From NCBI GenBank assembly GCA_038523235.1, contig JBCBJQ010000003.1, forward strand, positions 1 to 64,000: 64,000 nucleotides of DNA, read 5' to 3'. Position 1 is the stretch's first letter, and each line of letters opens with the position of its first letter. This stretch comes from Cyanobacteria bacterium J06626_4. Its GTDB lineage: Bacteria > Cyanobacteriota > Cyanobacteriia > Phormidesmidales > Phormidesmidaceae. This document shows positions 21,439 through 31,659 of the stretch, in pieces. The position numbers were made by a program, and so were the translations under genes. The notes below the pieces were generated by a model. The model searched no databases and was not told the origin of the DNA. It saw only the letters and a list, made by a program, of their open reading frames with translations.

Positions 21439-21563
21439 GACACACTTTATTTCTAGAGCTTTAAGTCATCCTTATCAGATCGTTAGAAGACGATGACTCA
21501 ATCTAAGACCGTGAGCTTGGGTGAGTTGTGCGCCTCCTTATCCATATAGGCAGAAAAATAGTC

Positions 21564-21602
21564 AAAATCCTCTGATACCTAGTTGGATATCAGAGGATTT
21601 TT
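21564..21602 (-). terminator. Intrinsic terminator after psbV
   Basis: aaaatcctctgata / tatcagaggatttt inverted repeat. Confidence 0.7.
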
Positions 21603-21650
21603 AAGGACGCTAGGACAACTCAGCGCTTGAGCACTTTAGGCTGTTGTCAA

Positions 21651-22169
21651 CTACATTACTTCACCTAAACCAGGAGCTGAGTAAGTGCTCTTGCCCCCCC
21701 CCCAAAGCGGGCCAATCACGTTAGGCTGTAGCAAAATGTGACCGGCGATGGCAACCAAGTCATCCTCAGTCAAACTCCGCATCTTGGGATAGATATCAGC
21801 ACTTTTGGTACTGGGATGGAGCTGAGAGATTTCGGTCAAACCATCATAGGTGGTTGGATTTTTCAGGTAGTCAACAAGGGATTCCAGATTGTTCCGTTGT
21901 GGCAGCGCCCCAGCTAAACTTTCAGGGTCTAGGCCCACGGTTGGATTCGTCTTAGTGACTCCGGCAGTGTGACAAGAGCCGCAAGCGTAGTTAAATTGCT
22001 TACGTCCTCGAGCGACTTGCGCCAGGGACAGCACCAGGGTATCTCCCTGATCATTGAGCTTGATGGTGCGCGTCGCCTCATCTAGCTCTGCTGCGACAGC
22101 AGGACCGGCAAAAAACTGGCTCACGACCAGCACCGCCATCGCAGCTAGCCAAATGCATCTCTTAAGCAT
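21651..22169 (-). CDS. psbV: Photosystem II cytochrome c-550
   Basis: Signal peptide, CGSCH heme motif, KNPTTYDG, HPSTKSADIYPKM, WGGGK. Confidence 0.96.
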   Translation of the reverse strand: MLKRCIWLAAMAVLVVSQFFAGPAVAAELDEATRTIKLNDQGDTLVLSLAQVARGRKQFNYACGSCHTAGVTKTNPTVGLDPESLAGALPQRNNLESLVDYLKNPTTYDGLTEISQLHPSTKSADIYPKMRSLTEDDLVAIAGHILLQPNVIGPLWGGGKSTYSAPGLGEVM

Positions 22170-22417
22170 GGTTCTCCTCTAAATGTATTTATGGCTAGCC
22201 ATTACACAACACAGCAAACTTAGTCACTCATTTAAAAATTGATTTGAGACGGTTCAAGTCTCTAAAAGCTGGTTTGTCGTAAAGCCAACATCAGCACTCC
22301 AACCCAATCACCAATGAGTGTTAAGTCATTCTCATAATCTTTATCATGCCACCGAATGGGGCTATTCCCAAACGTTTCAACGGATGACAGCAACCTTAAC
22401 GTTGTTGGATGGGGTCG

Positions 22418-23335
22418 TTATGAGAGTGCAACTTGAGGCTTGACGGCCACTCGCATCGGCGGAATTGGCGATGACGGCACAGGTTGATGTAGCCGAATGA
22501 GCTTGCCCAGAGTCATTTTTAGTTCAGTGCGGGGCACGATCGCATCGACAAAACCGTGCTTCAGCAAATATTCCGCCGTTTGAAAATCATCCGGCAGTTT
22601 TTCGCGCAGGGTTTGCTCCACCACGCGACGTCCGGCAAATGCAATGGTGGCCTGGGGTTCGGCCAAAATAACGTCACCTAACATCGCAAAGCTGGCCGTC
22701 ACGCCACCGGTAGTTGGGTGCGATAGAACAGGCAGGTATAGGAGACGCGCCTCACGATGGCGTTCTAACGCTCCCGAAATCTTCGCCATTTGCATCAAAC
22801 TCAACATGCCTTCTTGCATGCGCGCCCCCCCCGAGGCGCAAACAATGACGACCGGATACCCGAGCTCAGTGCTGTGTTCAATCATGCGGGTTAGTTTTTC
22901 ACCCACGACGGAACCCATACTGCCCCCCATAAACCGAAAATCCATCACGCCGAGCCCAATGGTCAGACCCTCCAGTTGCCCGATACCGGTTTGGACGGCA
23001 TCGGTTAACTCAGTACGAGATTGAATGTCACGCAGGCGATCAGCATAGGCCTTGCGATCGCGAAACTTGAGCGGGTCTTGGGGCCGAATCTGAGTATCTA
23101 GCGGTTGCCAAGAGCCTTCATCAATCAATTGCTGAATTCGATCATCACTAAAGACGCGATGGTGATGACCACACTCGGCACAAACTAGCTGATTTGCCAC
23201 CAGATCTTTGGTGTAGGTCATGACGCCACAAGCGTCACACTTGGACCAAAGACCATCGGCAATTTCACGTTCTTGTCGCTCTTGGCTAATGGGGCCGGCC
23301 TTGCGACGATTTGCAAACCAATCAAACAGTGACAT
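22418..23335 (-). CDS. accD: Acetyl-CoA carboxylase carboxyltransferase beta subunit
   Basis: [12 protein letters not shown] start, CxxC...CxxC zinc finger, [22 protein letters not shown]. Confidence 0.97.
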   Translation of the reverse strand: MSLFDWFANRRKAGPISQERQEREIADGLWSKCDACGVMTYTKDLVANQLVCAECGHHHRVFSDDRIQQLIDEGSWQPLDTQIRPQDPLKFRDRKAYADRLRDIQSRTELTDAVQTGIGQLEGLTIGLGVMDFRFMGGSMGSVVGEKLTRMIEHSTELGYPVVIVCASGGARMQEGMLSLMQMAKISGALERHREARLLYLPVLSHPTTGGVTASFAMLGDVILAEPQATIAFAGRRVVEQTLREKLPDDFQTAEYLLKHGFVDAIVPRTELKMTLGKLIRLHQPVPSSPIPPMRVAVKPQVALS

Positions 23336-23627
23336 GCTTCTGAACAATTCACGCGAGGGGAACACATCACCCACAGGTGGGGCTGCAACTTATCCTATCG
23401 GGTTTGGTGGCACCCCAGCGATCGCCTCCCGCTAGCACTAATCTTTACCCTGCTCTCAGTAACCCCAATTGGCCTCAAATTTTCAAGGTTGGTAGGCGGT
23501 ATACTATCGCCCAAAGTCTCAAGGGATAGGACTTTCAAAACTCACCCCGACGCCTCCTTCCATCGGGTTAGGACTGTAATTGTGGCGAGGGCATTGAGGC
23601 CGACAATTCACTATCCTGCGAGTACAA

Positions 23628-24554
23628 GTGCAGGGTGCTCTACTGAAAATGATAAAGATTTCTGAAGCAGTTGCCTCTTCGGTCTGTCATGGCATCGCCG
23701 ACGATGCGCTCAAGGACGAAGACAACGGTGTGTGGTTAGTGGGTCTTTCCTCTCACACTCAGGCTTTATGGCAACAACGGTTTTACTGGATTCGTTGGGT
23801 TGATCGATTGGCAGAACAAGACCAAGTGGTTCAACCCGGCGGGCAGCAGTTCCCAGCCTTTTACCGCGCCTGGAAAGATTTGCAGCAGCATCGTTTCTTA
23901 GCCGCGCAACACCACCAATGGGAGGTACTGCAGCAAATTGAGTCAGCTTGGTTTCACCCCACGACCGCTCTGCGTTATCAGGCCCAGATCTTGGCTTGGG
24001 ACTGCTACATCGAAGCGATCGCGGAATATCACCAGCCCCAGCTCACCATTAAAACCCTTAAAGGGTATGAAACGATGCTTGATCGGCTCGCCGGTTCTTG
24101 CTTTCAGCTTTTGCCACAATTAGCCGATCATCAACGCACAATCTCACGTCAATTTGGCATGGTTGACCAGTTTTACAACAATCTGCGCGATTTGTATGAA
24201 GATGCGCAGCAGGGAGTGTGCTACTTCCCCAGTGAGCTTTTGACCCACTTTGGTTTGACTCGGCAAAACATGCTAGATCTGAGCTGCCTAAATCACTCCG
24301 GCTATCGCCCTCTCATGCAATTTTGGGTCGAGCAATATTTACCTCAGTGGCGCCGGCAAAATCTCTCTCTTATACAAGCAAACGATTTACATCCTGCCTG
24401 GCAGGCGCTGACTCAGTGGTTTATCCATCGATATACCCGTATCGAAAGCGTATTGCGAGACTGCCAATATGATTTTGTGGAATTCGCCGAGCGCTATTGG
24501 CCAGTCGTTGAGCAGGACTTGGCACATTACCGTGGCACCAGACGTCAACCCTAG
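23628..24554 (+). CDS. Divergent squalene/phytoene synthase family protein
   Basis: QFYNNLRDLYEDAQQGVCYFP resembles the QLTNILRDVxED..xGRxYLP motif; start codon uncertain. Confidence 0.7.
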   Translation: MQGALLKMIKISEAVASSVCHGIADDALKDEDNGVWLVGLSSHTQALWQQRFYWIRWVDRLAEQDQVVQPGGQQFPAFYRAWKDLQQHRFLAAQHHQWEVLQQIESAWFHPTTALRYQAQILAWDCYIEAIAEYHQPQLTIKTLKGYETMLDRLAGSCFQLLPQLADHQRTISRQFGMVDQFYNNLRDLYEDAQQGVCYFPSELLTHFGLTRQNMLDLSCLNHSGYRPLMQFWVEQYLPQWRRQNLSLIQANDLHPAWQALTQWFIHRYTRIESVLRDCQYDFVEFAERYWPVVEQDLAHYRGTRRQP

Positions 24555-25126
24555 ACAAGAGCGCGATCACCACGACTATCAGCGACCAATATCCAGTCTG
24601 GTTGTGCCTTGATACCGCCTACAACTCCTGATCTGCTGTGGGCTCGAACTGTTTAGCTAACAGCCGGATATATCGCCGAGTGCCACGGCCTTTGCCGGCT
24701 GAGGGACTCGGTAAATTCAAGTGGTTCACCAGAGCTTTAGAAACGATTGCGATTTCATGGCAACGCTTGCAAGTTGGACTCCATAGAGAATCTTGCAATT
24801 AAGTATTATCACGTAGATATTGAGCACTTTACATTTCATGCTTCTGGTACCGGTATTTTGGGAAGGCTCTCTAGGCAGTGATGGAGTTTTCCCAGCTAAG
24901 GTCTTCCTCGCCCTACCGTGGAAAGATTGGCACCCAAGGATTCGGAGAATTTTAAAGTTAAGATGTTTCAGCTCGGGTGTTCTATGAAAAAAGCATCAAT
25001 CCTACTGATGCCCCTGCTATTTTTACTTTTTATTGTGTAACTATAGTCACAAGCAGGTAGTGCTCACTGCTTTCGCAAGGCTAGTGCATCTTTAAGCTCT
25101 CCGATCGTCCTTAATACTGAAGCTCT

Positions 25127-26071
25127 ATGGCTCGTCATAAAATACTTTTACTCGTTGCGTGTCTTGGCAGCTTAGGACTGGCTCAAACGCTTTCCAGTGC
25201 TGCCCATGCTGCAACCTATGTTTTCGATTTCGATACTGATGCTAGCGGTAACCAGCTCGATGTCAACGACTTAGGTCTGAATGTTGGCGACTGGCAAAAT
25301 GCGGGTTCGAATGAAGACTACACTGTTTCTGACCAGTGGTTACTAGACTTTGGTGTCAGCATTGATGGCTATGATAAGCCCAACAATGGTGAAATCCCCT
25401 CCGACCTTTCTCAGCTCCAGTCTCGTGATCTAGTGTTGTTTAACACTGATCCTAATTATTATTCTGAGGATAGTAAGGCTCGGAAGCGGAATGATGAGTT
25501 TAAGAGTGGCGGCAGGTTTGACAAAGATTTGCTGACCGGCCACGATGACCTGACAGGGCAAACCTTTTTGGTTGCCAAGGATGACAACTCCGATACGCCG
25601 GTCAACTTAGGCAACGTGTTGATTCTTCAGGAGAACAACAAGAACTACAAACCGGATGACAACGCTAATGGAGGTCTAATCTCGTTTTCTTTTGAAGAGA
25701 TGATTGACCTGACATCAATCGATCTGCTTGACATTGATGATTTTGGCGCGCGCGGTAAGCATATTGTTTTTGCTGCCTACGGCGAAAACGACGAAGAAAT
25801 TGCAACTTGGAAGTTTGATGAAGCGGCCATAAATGATGGTACTGCCGAACAGCTGAGTGAAAAGACCGGTAATAATTCGTTGTACCGCTTTAATTTCGAC
25901 AGTGCTGGGGTCAAACGCTTAGATGTTCTGTACCCCGGCAGTGGCGCGATAGCCGCGTTGCGTTGGGAGCAAAATCAGGCTCCGCCAACCATTCCTGAAC
26001 CGACGGCAGTTCTAGGGTTGTTGGTTGTCGCTGGCTTGGGCGTCCGGTTGAAGCGATCTCAATCCGTCTAG
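25127..26071 (+). CDS. Acidic secreted PEP-CTERM protein
   Basis: Signal peptide ending AHA, Asp/Asn-rich body, tail IPEPTAVLGLLVVAGLGVRLKR. Confidence 0.9.
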   Translation: MARHKILLLVACLGSLGLAQTLSSAAHAATYVFDFDTDASGNQLDVNDLGLNVGDWQNAGSNEDYTVSDQWLLDFGVSIDGYDKPNNGEIPSDLSQLQSRDLVLFNTDPNYYSEDSKARKRNDEFKSGGRFDKDLLTGHDDLTGQTFLVAKDDNSDTPVNLGNVLILQENNKNYKPDDNANGGLISFSFEEMIDLTSIDLLDIDDFGARGKHIVFAAYGENDEEIATWKFDEAAINDGTAEQLSEKTGNNSLYRFNFDSAGVKRLDVLYPGSGAIAALRWEQNQAPPTIPEPTAVLGLLVVAGLGVRLKRSQSV

Positions 26072-26131
26072 CGGCGACTGCGGCAGTCAAAGTCGGCTCC
26101 AATGAAGCTGATCATTGAAGATATCTCTCTT

Positions 26132-26163
26132 AAACCTCTGTCATTTACCTGGCAGAGGTTTTT
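26132..26163 (+). terminator. Intrinsic terminator
   Basis: aaacctctgtca...tggcagaggttttt. Confidence 0.7.
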
Positions 26164-26327
26164 GGCGTTTGGCGCAGCCGCGATCGCCCTCATCCCTCTC
26201 AACGGATTAGGAGAATCGAAGTCTGGTTCATCTTCACCTTTGGAGTCCTAGCCCAGATCAGCCTAGGATGAAGGAGCACAATGCCTTCATCGACGAACAG
26301 CCATGCAAATTAGGCTGACATCCCCTT

Positions 26328-27659
26328 TTGCCTAACTCTTTTGTCAAGCGCTTCGGTGCACTCGCGATCGCCAACGTGCTTTCAAATCTCATGGTGCCGC
26401 TAGCAGGCATCATCGACACGGCATTTCTCGGTCATTTAGCAGACATCCATCATCTCGGTGGCGTGGCAATCGCGACTGTGATTTTTAATTTGGTGTATTG
26501 GAGCTTTGGCTTCTTGCGCATGGGCACAACGGGGCTAACGGCGCAAGCTTACGGACGCCATGACGCTACGGAAATACGGTTGGTCTTGTTGCGCAACTGC
26601 CTGCTAGCTGCTGTACTCAGCAGCAGCATTTTGCTTTTGCAAACCCCGATTCGAGAATTGGGGTTCTGGCTACTCGAAACTGAGACCGACGTCAGATTGT
26701 CTGGCGAGGCATTCTACAATGCTCGAATTTGGGGCGCTCCGGCAGTTCTGATCAATTATGTCTTGCTCGGCTGGTTCTTGGGCTGTGGCCAAGGCAAGCG
26801 GGTGATCGCATTATCCCTAGTGGGTAACGGCGGCAACATCTTGCTGGATTATTGGTTTATTCGGCAGTTGGGCTGGGCCAGCGCAGGGGCAGGGGCCGCA
26901 ACGGCGATGAGTCAGGGGATGATGTTGATAGTGGGTATCGCCTTTGTGCTGCGAGATTGCTCTATGGCTGAGGCCTGGCAGTTGAGAACACGCCTTTGGC
27001 ACAGAGCAACCTTTCACTCAATCTGGCGTCTCAATCGCGATATCCTAGTGCGGACGTTTTCTCTGCTGATCAGCTTTGCTCTCTTTACTAACTGGAGCTC
27101 AGCGATGGGGAGCGGCGTGTTGGCAGCGAATACACTGCTGTTGCAGGTGGTGACCCTAGCGTCTTACTTAATTGACGGTATCGCCTTTGCCACTGAGAGT
27201 TTTGCGGGGCAGTTGTATGGCTCCAATAACCACCGTCAGCTCAGGGGTTTAGTGTTGGGTGGGGGGAGTTTCAGTGTTTTTCTCGGCCTCACGATGGCGC
27301 TGATCTTCGCGCTGTTTCCACAGCCGTTGTTTCAAATCATGACACAGCATCAATTGGTGATTGATCAAGTGAAAACGTACGTGTGGTGGTTAGTACCAAC
27401 GCTGGGGTTTGGGGCGATCGCCTTTTTGTTAGATGGTTACTTTTTAGGTATCACCGCTGGTAAATGGTTGAGAAACTCGACGATATTGGCCACAGGAGGA
27501 TTTTTGCCCATTGGCTGGCTCGCTCACCGGCTAGGAACTCCTCATCTCCTCTGGCTGGCACTGGTGAGCTTTATGGCCATTCGAGCCATCACCTTGGCGG
27601 TTAGAGTGCCGCACTCGTGGCGAGAGGGGGCAACGTTAGCCAACAAATTACCTCTCTGA
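26328..27659 (+). CDS. MATE family efflux transporter (DinF-like)
   Basis: DTAFLGHL and FGFLRMGTTGLTAQAYG motifs; about 12 TM segments. Confidence 0.92.
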   Translation: MPNSFVKRFGALAIANVLSNLMVPLAGIIDTAFLGHLADIHHLGGVAIATVIFNLVYWSFGFLRMGTTGLTAQAYGRHDATEIRLVLLRNCLLAAVLSSSILLLQTPIRELGFWLLETETDVRLSGEAFYNARIWGAPAVLINYVLLGWFLGCGQGKRVIALSLVGNGGNILLDYWFIRQLGWASAGAGAATAMSQGMMLIVGIAFVLRDCSMAEAWQLRTRLWHRATFHSIWRLNRDILVRTFSLLISFALFTNWSSAMGSGVLAANTLLLQVVTLASYLIDGIAFATESFAGQLYGSNNHRQLRGLVLGGGSFSVFLGLTMALIFALFPQPLFQIMTQHQLVIDQVKTYVWWLVPTLGFGAIAFLLDGYFLGITAGKWLRNSTILATGGFLPIGWLAHRLGTPHLLWLALVSFMAIRAITLAVRVPHSWREGATLANKLPL

Positions 27660-27700
27660 AGTTTCTTAACCAGCTCCCACAGCGGATGTTCCCAGCAGTT

Positions 27701-28132
27701 TTAGGCGTTGTCGGTAAATCCGGCAGCTTTTTGCTGCATCATCTTAAAGATGTTGAAAAATCCATTGGCCCTTGAAGGCGTAAGACTCACATCTAGCTGC
27801 GTCTCTTTAATAAAATCCGGCGATAAGTCAGCGATTTCTTCCGGCGTTAAACCGTTCATGCCGCGAATCAAGAAGGCCACGAGTCCCTTCGTTATTTGTG
27901 CATCAGAGTCGCCGTAGTACTGTAGCTTGCCATCTTCCAGAGAGGCAATCACATAGACTTGCGAAACGCATCCTTGGACTTTGTTCGCTTCGATTTTGGC
28001 ATCTGCCGGGAAGGGATCTAATTTTTTGGCCAACCACAGCAATTGCTCGTAGCGGCGTTTAGGCTCAGCTACCTTTTGAAAACGTTGAACCAGCTTATCG
28101 ATAGAAGCGGGTCGGGCTGAAGATGCAGACAT
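27701..28132 (-). CDS. sufE: SufE sulfur acceptor
   Basis: NKVQGCVSQV, DSDAQITKGL and LTPSRANGF motifs. Confidence 0.93.
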   Translation of the reverse strand: MSASSARPASIDKLVQRFQKVAEPKRRYEQLLWLAKKLDPFPADAKIEANKVQGCVSQVYVIASLEDGKLQYYGDSDAQITKGLVAFLIRGMNGLTPEEIADLSPDFIKETQLDVSLTPSRANGFFNIFKMMQQKAAGFTDNA

Positions 28133-28213
28133 CACAAAAAATCGCAACAGACAACAGTGACCAAATGCGGTCTCTTCATATTGTAGAGAGCGATTAGCCT
28201 GAAAAATGCCTGA

Positions 28214-29122
28214 TTACAATAGAGACCGCATTCTGGCAAACGGACATCGAGAAGTATTGGCTGGCACGGATTGCGGAGAAACAGCCATTTCTGGGCCAAG
28301 GGCTTCTAACTGATAGCCCCTAGGATAGGTTTTATTAGTCGCATCGGTAATGAAGCTCGAACGTTGGCGACGGGGGCTATGCAGAACGAGCGATCGCCGC
28401 AGCCGCAAGCCGCCGAGCACGATCAACCGTACAACGGGAAGTGGTTGAGCCCAGCCTAAAGCGGTTCTAGTGGCATCATCAGCAACTGTTTTAACCACAA
28501 AGGGAACGGCGGGCGAGATGATTTTGGGAAACCATCTTTGCATGAGGGTGACGACTGCGTTACCCACGGCAGCATTGTCAGGATGATATCGGCAATGCTG
28601 CGCTTCGTAGGCTTGGTTAAATGCCTCAAACGCCTCATCAGTCTGAGGCAAATTCTGAAGTCCCATCCGTTGACCGACGGCGTACCAAAAGTGAAACAGA
28701 GCCTGTCGTTCGGTGGGTGTAAAGAGTCGCCAGCCAAAGTGTTGGTTCCACCGGATGGGCTCATAAATAATCAGCGACAGCACATAGAGAAAGTCTTCGT
28801 TGCTAATGTCAAAGCGCTGATGAATACGATTCATTTGGGTGATCGCAGCTTGACCCTGTGGGCTGTCATAGCCCCATTTCAGAATGTTGCCTAATACCAA
28901 GCTGGTATCGTCGTAGCGCTTTTGCGGACGCTTTTCAAACTCTCCGGTCTGATGCAACAGGTTCGCGATGCGAGGGATACAGAAGGTTTTGAGCACCGCT
29001 AACTCGAGTGAGCGATTCAGTTCCCACGGAAAGTCGTAGCCAGCTAGCTGGTGACAAATGGCCACCCAGTCGGTGGCAGAGCGGCTGGGCTCTGCTGATG
29101 AGGGCAAATAATCTTGATTCAT
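28214..29122 (-). CDS. ER-bound oxygenase MpaB / DUF2236 family protein
   Basis: LLHQTGEFEKRPQKRYDDT, MNRIH and ISNEDFLYVL motifs. Confidence 0.85.
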   Translation of the reverse strand: MNQDYLPSSAEPSRSATDWVAICHQLAGYDFPWELNRSLELAVLKTFCIPRIANLLHQTGEFEKRPQKRYDDTSLVLGNILKWGYDSPQGQAAITQMNRIHQRFDISNEDFLYVLSLIIYEPIRWNQHFGWRLFTPTERQALFHFWYAVGQRMGLQNLPQTDEAFEAFNQAYEAQHCRYHPDNAAVGNAVVTLMQRWFPKIISPAVPFVVKTVADDATRTALGWAQPLPVVRLIVLGGLRLRRSLVLHSPRRQRSSFITDATNKTYPRGYQLEALGPEMAVSPQSVPANTSRCPFARMRSLL

Positions 29123-29240
29123 AGGGGGTGAGTGATCGCAGCCAGTAGACTCTGCTTCTTCTTCCGCAATCACTACAAAACCCTCCGGAAAGCTACAGAA
29201 GCTTTACGGAGCGCTCACGTAAATTTATCCTCATTCTTGC

Positions 29241-29501
29241 CTAGGCGCTTTGCGGCTCCTTATGGGCAATGAAACGATGGGCCACCGTTTCTGGCTGAAT
29301 CGCGGAGAGGATAATATGCCCAGAATCCATAATCAGGACGGCTCGCGTGCGACGGCCATAGGTCGCATCGACTAACTGCCCGCGATCGCGAGCATCGGAA
29401 ATGACGCGCTTGATGGGAGCGGATTCAGGACTGACAATAGCCACGACGCGATTTGCCGAAACAATGTTGCCAAAACCAATGTTGATCAGCTTGATATCCA
29501 T
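29241..29501 (-). CDS. remA: DUF370 / RemA family protein
   Basis: [32 protein letters not shown]...[11 protein letters not shown]. Confidence 0.9.
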   Translation of the reverse strand: MDIKLINIGFGNIVSANRVVAIVSPESAPIKRVISDARDRGQLVDATYGRRTRAVLIMDSGHIILSAIQPETVAHRFIAHKEPQSA

Positions 29502-29532
29502 AGGAAACCCTTGGAGAGGACTCGGCAGAGGC

Positions 29533-29562
29533 GACGAATTGCTCAGTGACGAATTGCTCAGT
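29533..29562. repeat. Exact 15-bp tandem duplication
   Basis: gacgaattgctcagt twice, in the remA leader region. Confidence 0.9.
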
Positions 29563-29892
29563 AAAGACCTGCCTTGATCAACACTCGCCAAGCTCAAGTT
29601 ACCGGCTCAGTGCTATCAAAATAATCACGAAGGTTCCAAATCCTTAGTTCACTCGCGAGGAGTGATGGCCACTAAGACGGAAAATGCGGGCAAATGCGCG
29701 AAAATATCAGCTAGGTCTATGTTAGCGAAAAAAATCTGACCGACAAGACAGGAAACTGCCGCAAACCTGCTTTAGCCAAGAACTGGAGCATTTGGAGGAG
29801 TACTTGTTGTTCTGCTAGAGCTGATCAGCAGACCACTCTCTAAATCGCTCGTCGAGTTAAGGTAAAGGTCGCAGCAACAGGAGAACAAATCC

Positions 29893-31659
29893 ATGCAGCC
29901 GGTGGATTTCACAACTTTAATGGCCGTCTGTGCCGAACTCCGATCAGGTTGGCTACCGGCTCGCTGTGAGCAAGTGGTGCAGCGCGATCGCACTACCCTC
30001 TGCATTGCTTTAAGAACGCTCAATCAACGGGGCTGGCTGACAATTTCGTGGCATCCGCAGGCGGCTCGCATGCATATGGATGCGAGCCCGCCCAAGGTTC
30101 CCGACACGTTCACGTTTAGCCAGCAGTTGAAGCATCAGCTCAACGGTTACGCCTTGGTCAGCATCGCGCCGGTAGCCGCTTGGGAGCGGGCATTCGATTT
30201 GGGATTTGCCCAGCGGCCTGGTGAGCCCATTCAGTGGCACCTGTATGTCGAAGTAATGGGCAAATATAGTAATGTGATCCTGGCCAACGCCCGTGGGCAA
30301 ATCGTCACTGCCGCCCATCAGGTGTCTGAAAAGCAGTCGAGCGTGCGCCCGATTCTGACCGGGTCTCCCTATACACCGCCCCCGGCCATTACCGGGCCAT
30401 TTCCCGCCATCGATGAACCCCAGGCGCGATGGCAAGAACGGGTGGCATTAGTGCCTACATCGATCAAAAAAGCCCTATTTGCTGCCTATAGTGGTCTCAG
30501 TTCATCGCTGATCAGAGATCTAGCGGCCCAGGCAAACCTGTCACCAGAGCAATCAACGACCAATTTGAGCCCTACTGACTGGTGTCGCTTATTTGACGCC
30601 TGGCAAGCCTGGCTACGTTGCTTGCAAACTGCAACCTTTCAGGCCTCCTTCGTCGATGGTGGCTACTCCGTTTTGCGAGAGGCCGGAACTGCAACCGCGG
30701 ATGTGCAATCACTGCTGTGCCAGTACTACACTGATGCGTTGAATCGCCAAGTGTTTGAGCAACTCAAAAATCGGCTCATCCAGCGGTTAAAAACGCTCTT
30801 ACATAAGTTGAAGCAGAAGGAGGCCATCTTCCTCAGTCGTTTGCAAAAAGCGGCCTCAGCCGATGATTGCAAGCGACAAGCTGATTTGCTCATGGCCTAC
30901 AGCTATCAATGGCAACCTGGCATGCGCCAAATGCCACTCGCGGATTTTGAGACCGGTGAAATTATCAATATCTCGTTAGAGCCTGAGAAAAATGCCATTC
31001 AAAATGCCCAAGCGCTTTATAAACGTCATCAAAAACTAAAGCGATCGCGCCATGCGATCGCCCCCCTGCTAAACGAAGTGCAAGCCCAGATCGCCTATTT
31101 AGAGCAGGTTGAGGCGGCACTCAGGCAGATTGAGCGTTATGAAACTAGCGCCGATTTGAGCGCCATCCAAGAGATTCACGCTGAGCTGATTCAAGAAAGC
31201 TACCTAGAAGACCCGACCTATCGTCCCCACCCACATCACTCCCACGCAACCCTCAACGTCCGTAAGTTCCAGACTCCTGGTGGTATCGAGGTTTGGGTGG
31301 GGCGCAACAATCGCCAAAATGATTTGTTGATTTCTAAAGCGGCGACCGACTACGACCTCTGGTTTCACACTCAAGAAATTCCCGGGAGTCATGTCTTACT
31401 GCGACTCGATGCCGGTCAACAGCCAGCCGATGCCGACTTGCATTTCACAGCTGATGTAGCCGCCTACTTTAGTCGGGCGCAGCAAGCCGATCAAGTCCCA
31501 GTTGTGTTCACCCAGCCGCGTTATGTCTTTAAGCCTAAAGGAGCTTTGCCAGGCATGGTGACCTACACTCACGAAACGGTGATCTGGGGGCAACCCGCTA
31601 AATTACGCGATCGCGTCGAGCAGAGTCAGACGCCAGCCCCCTCGCTAGTCAGTCTTTAA
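29893..31659 (+). CDS. rqcH: NFACT family / ribosome quality control protein RqcH (FbpA-like)
   Basis: EVMGKYSNVIL, NAQALYKRHQKLKR, VGRNNRQND and WFHTQEIPGSHV motifs. Confidence 0.92.
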   Translation: MQPVDFTTLMAVCAELRSGWLPARCEQVVQRDRTTLCIALRTLNQRGWLTISWHPQAARMHMDASPPKVPDTFTFSQQLKHQLNGYALVSIAPVAAWERAFDLGFAQRPGEPIQWHLYVEVMGKYSNVILANARGQIVTAAHQVSEKQSSVRPILTGSPYTPPPAITGPFPAIDEPQARWQERVALVPTSIKKALFAAYSGLSSSLIRDLAAQANLSPEQSTTNLSPTDWCRLFDAWQAWLRCLQTATFQASFVDGGYSVLREAGTATADVQSLLCQYYTDALNRQVFEQLKNRLIQRLKTLLHKLKQKEAIFLSRLQKAASADDCKRQADLLMAYSYQWQPGMRQMPLADFETGEIINISLEPEKNAIQNAQALYKRHQKLKRSRHAIAPLLNEVQAQIAYLEQVEAALRQIERYETSADLSAIQEIHAELIQESYLEDPTYRPHPHHSHATLNVRKFQTPGGIEVWVGRNNRQNDLLISKAATDYDLWFHTQEIPGSHVLLRLDAGQQPADADLHFTADVAAYFSRAQQADQVPVVFTQPRYVFKPKGALPGMVTYTHETVIWGQPAKLRDRVEQSQTPAPSLVSL

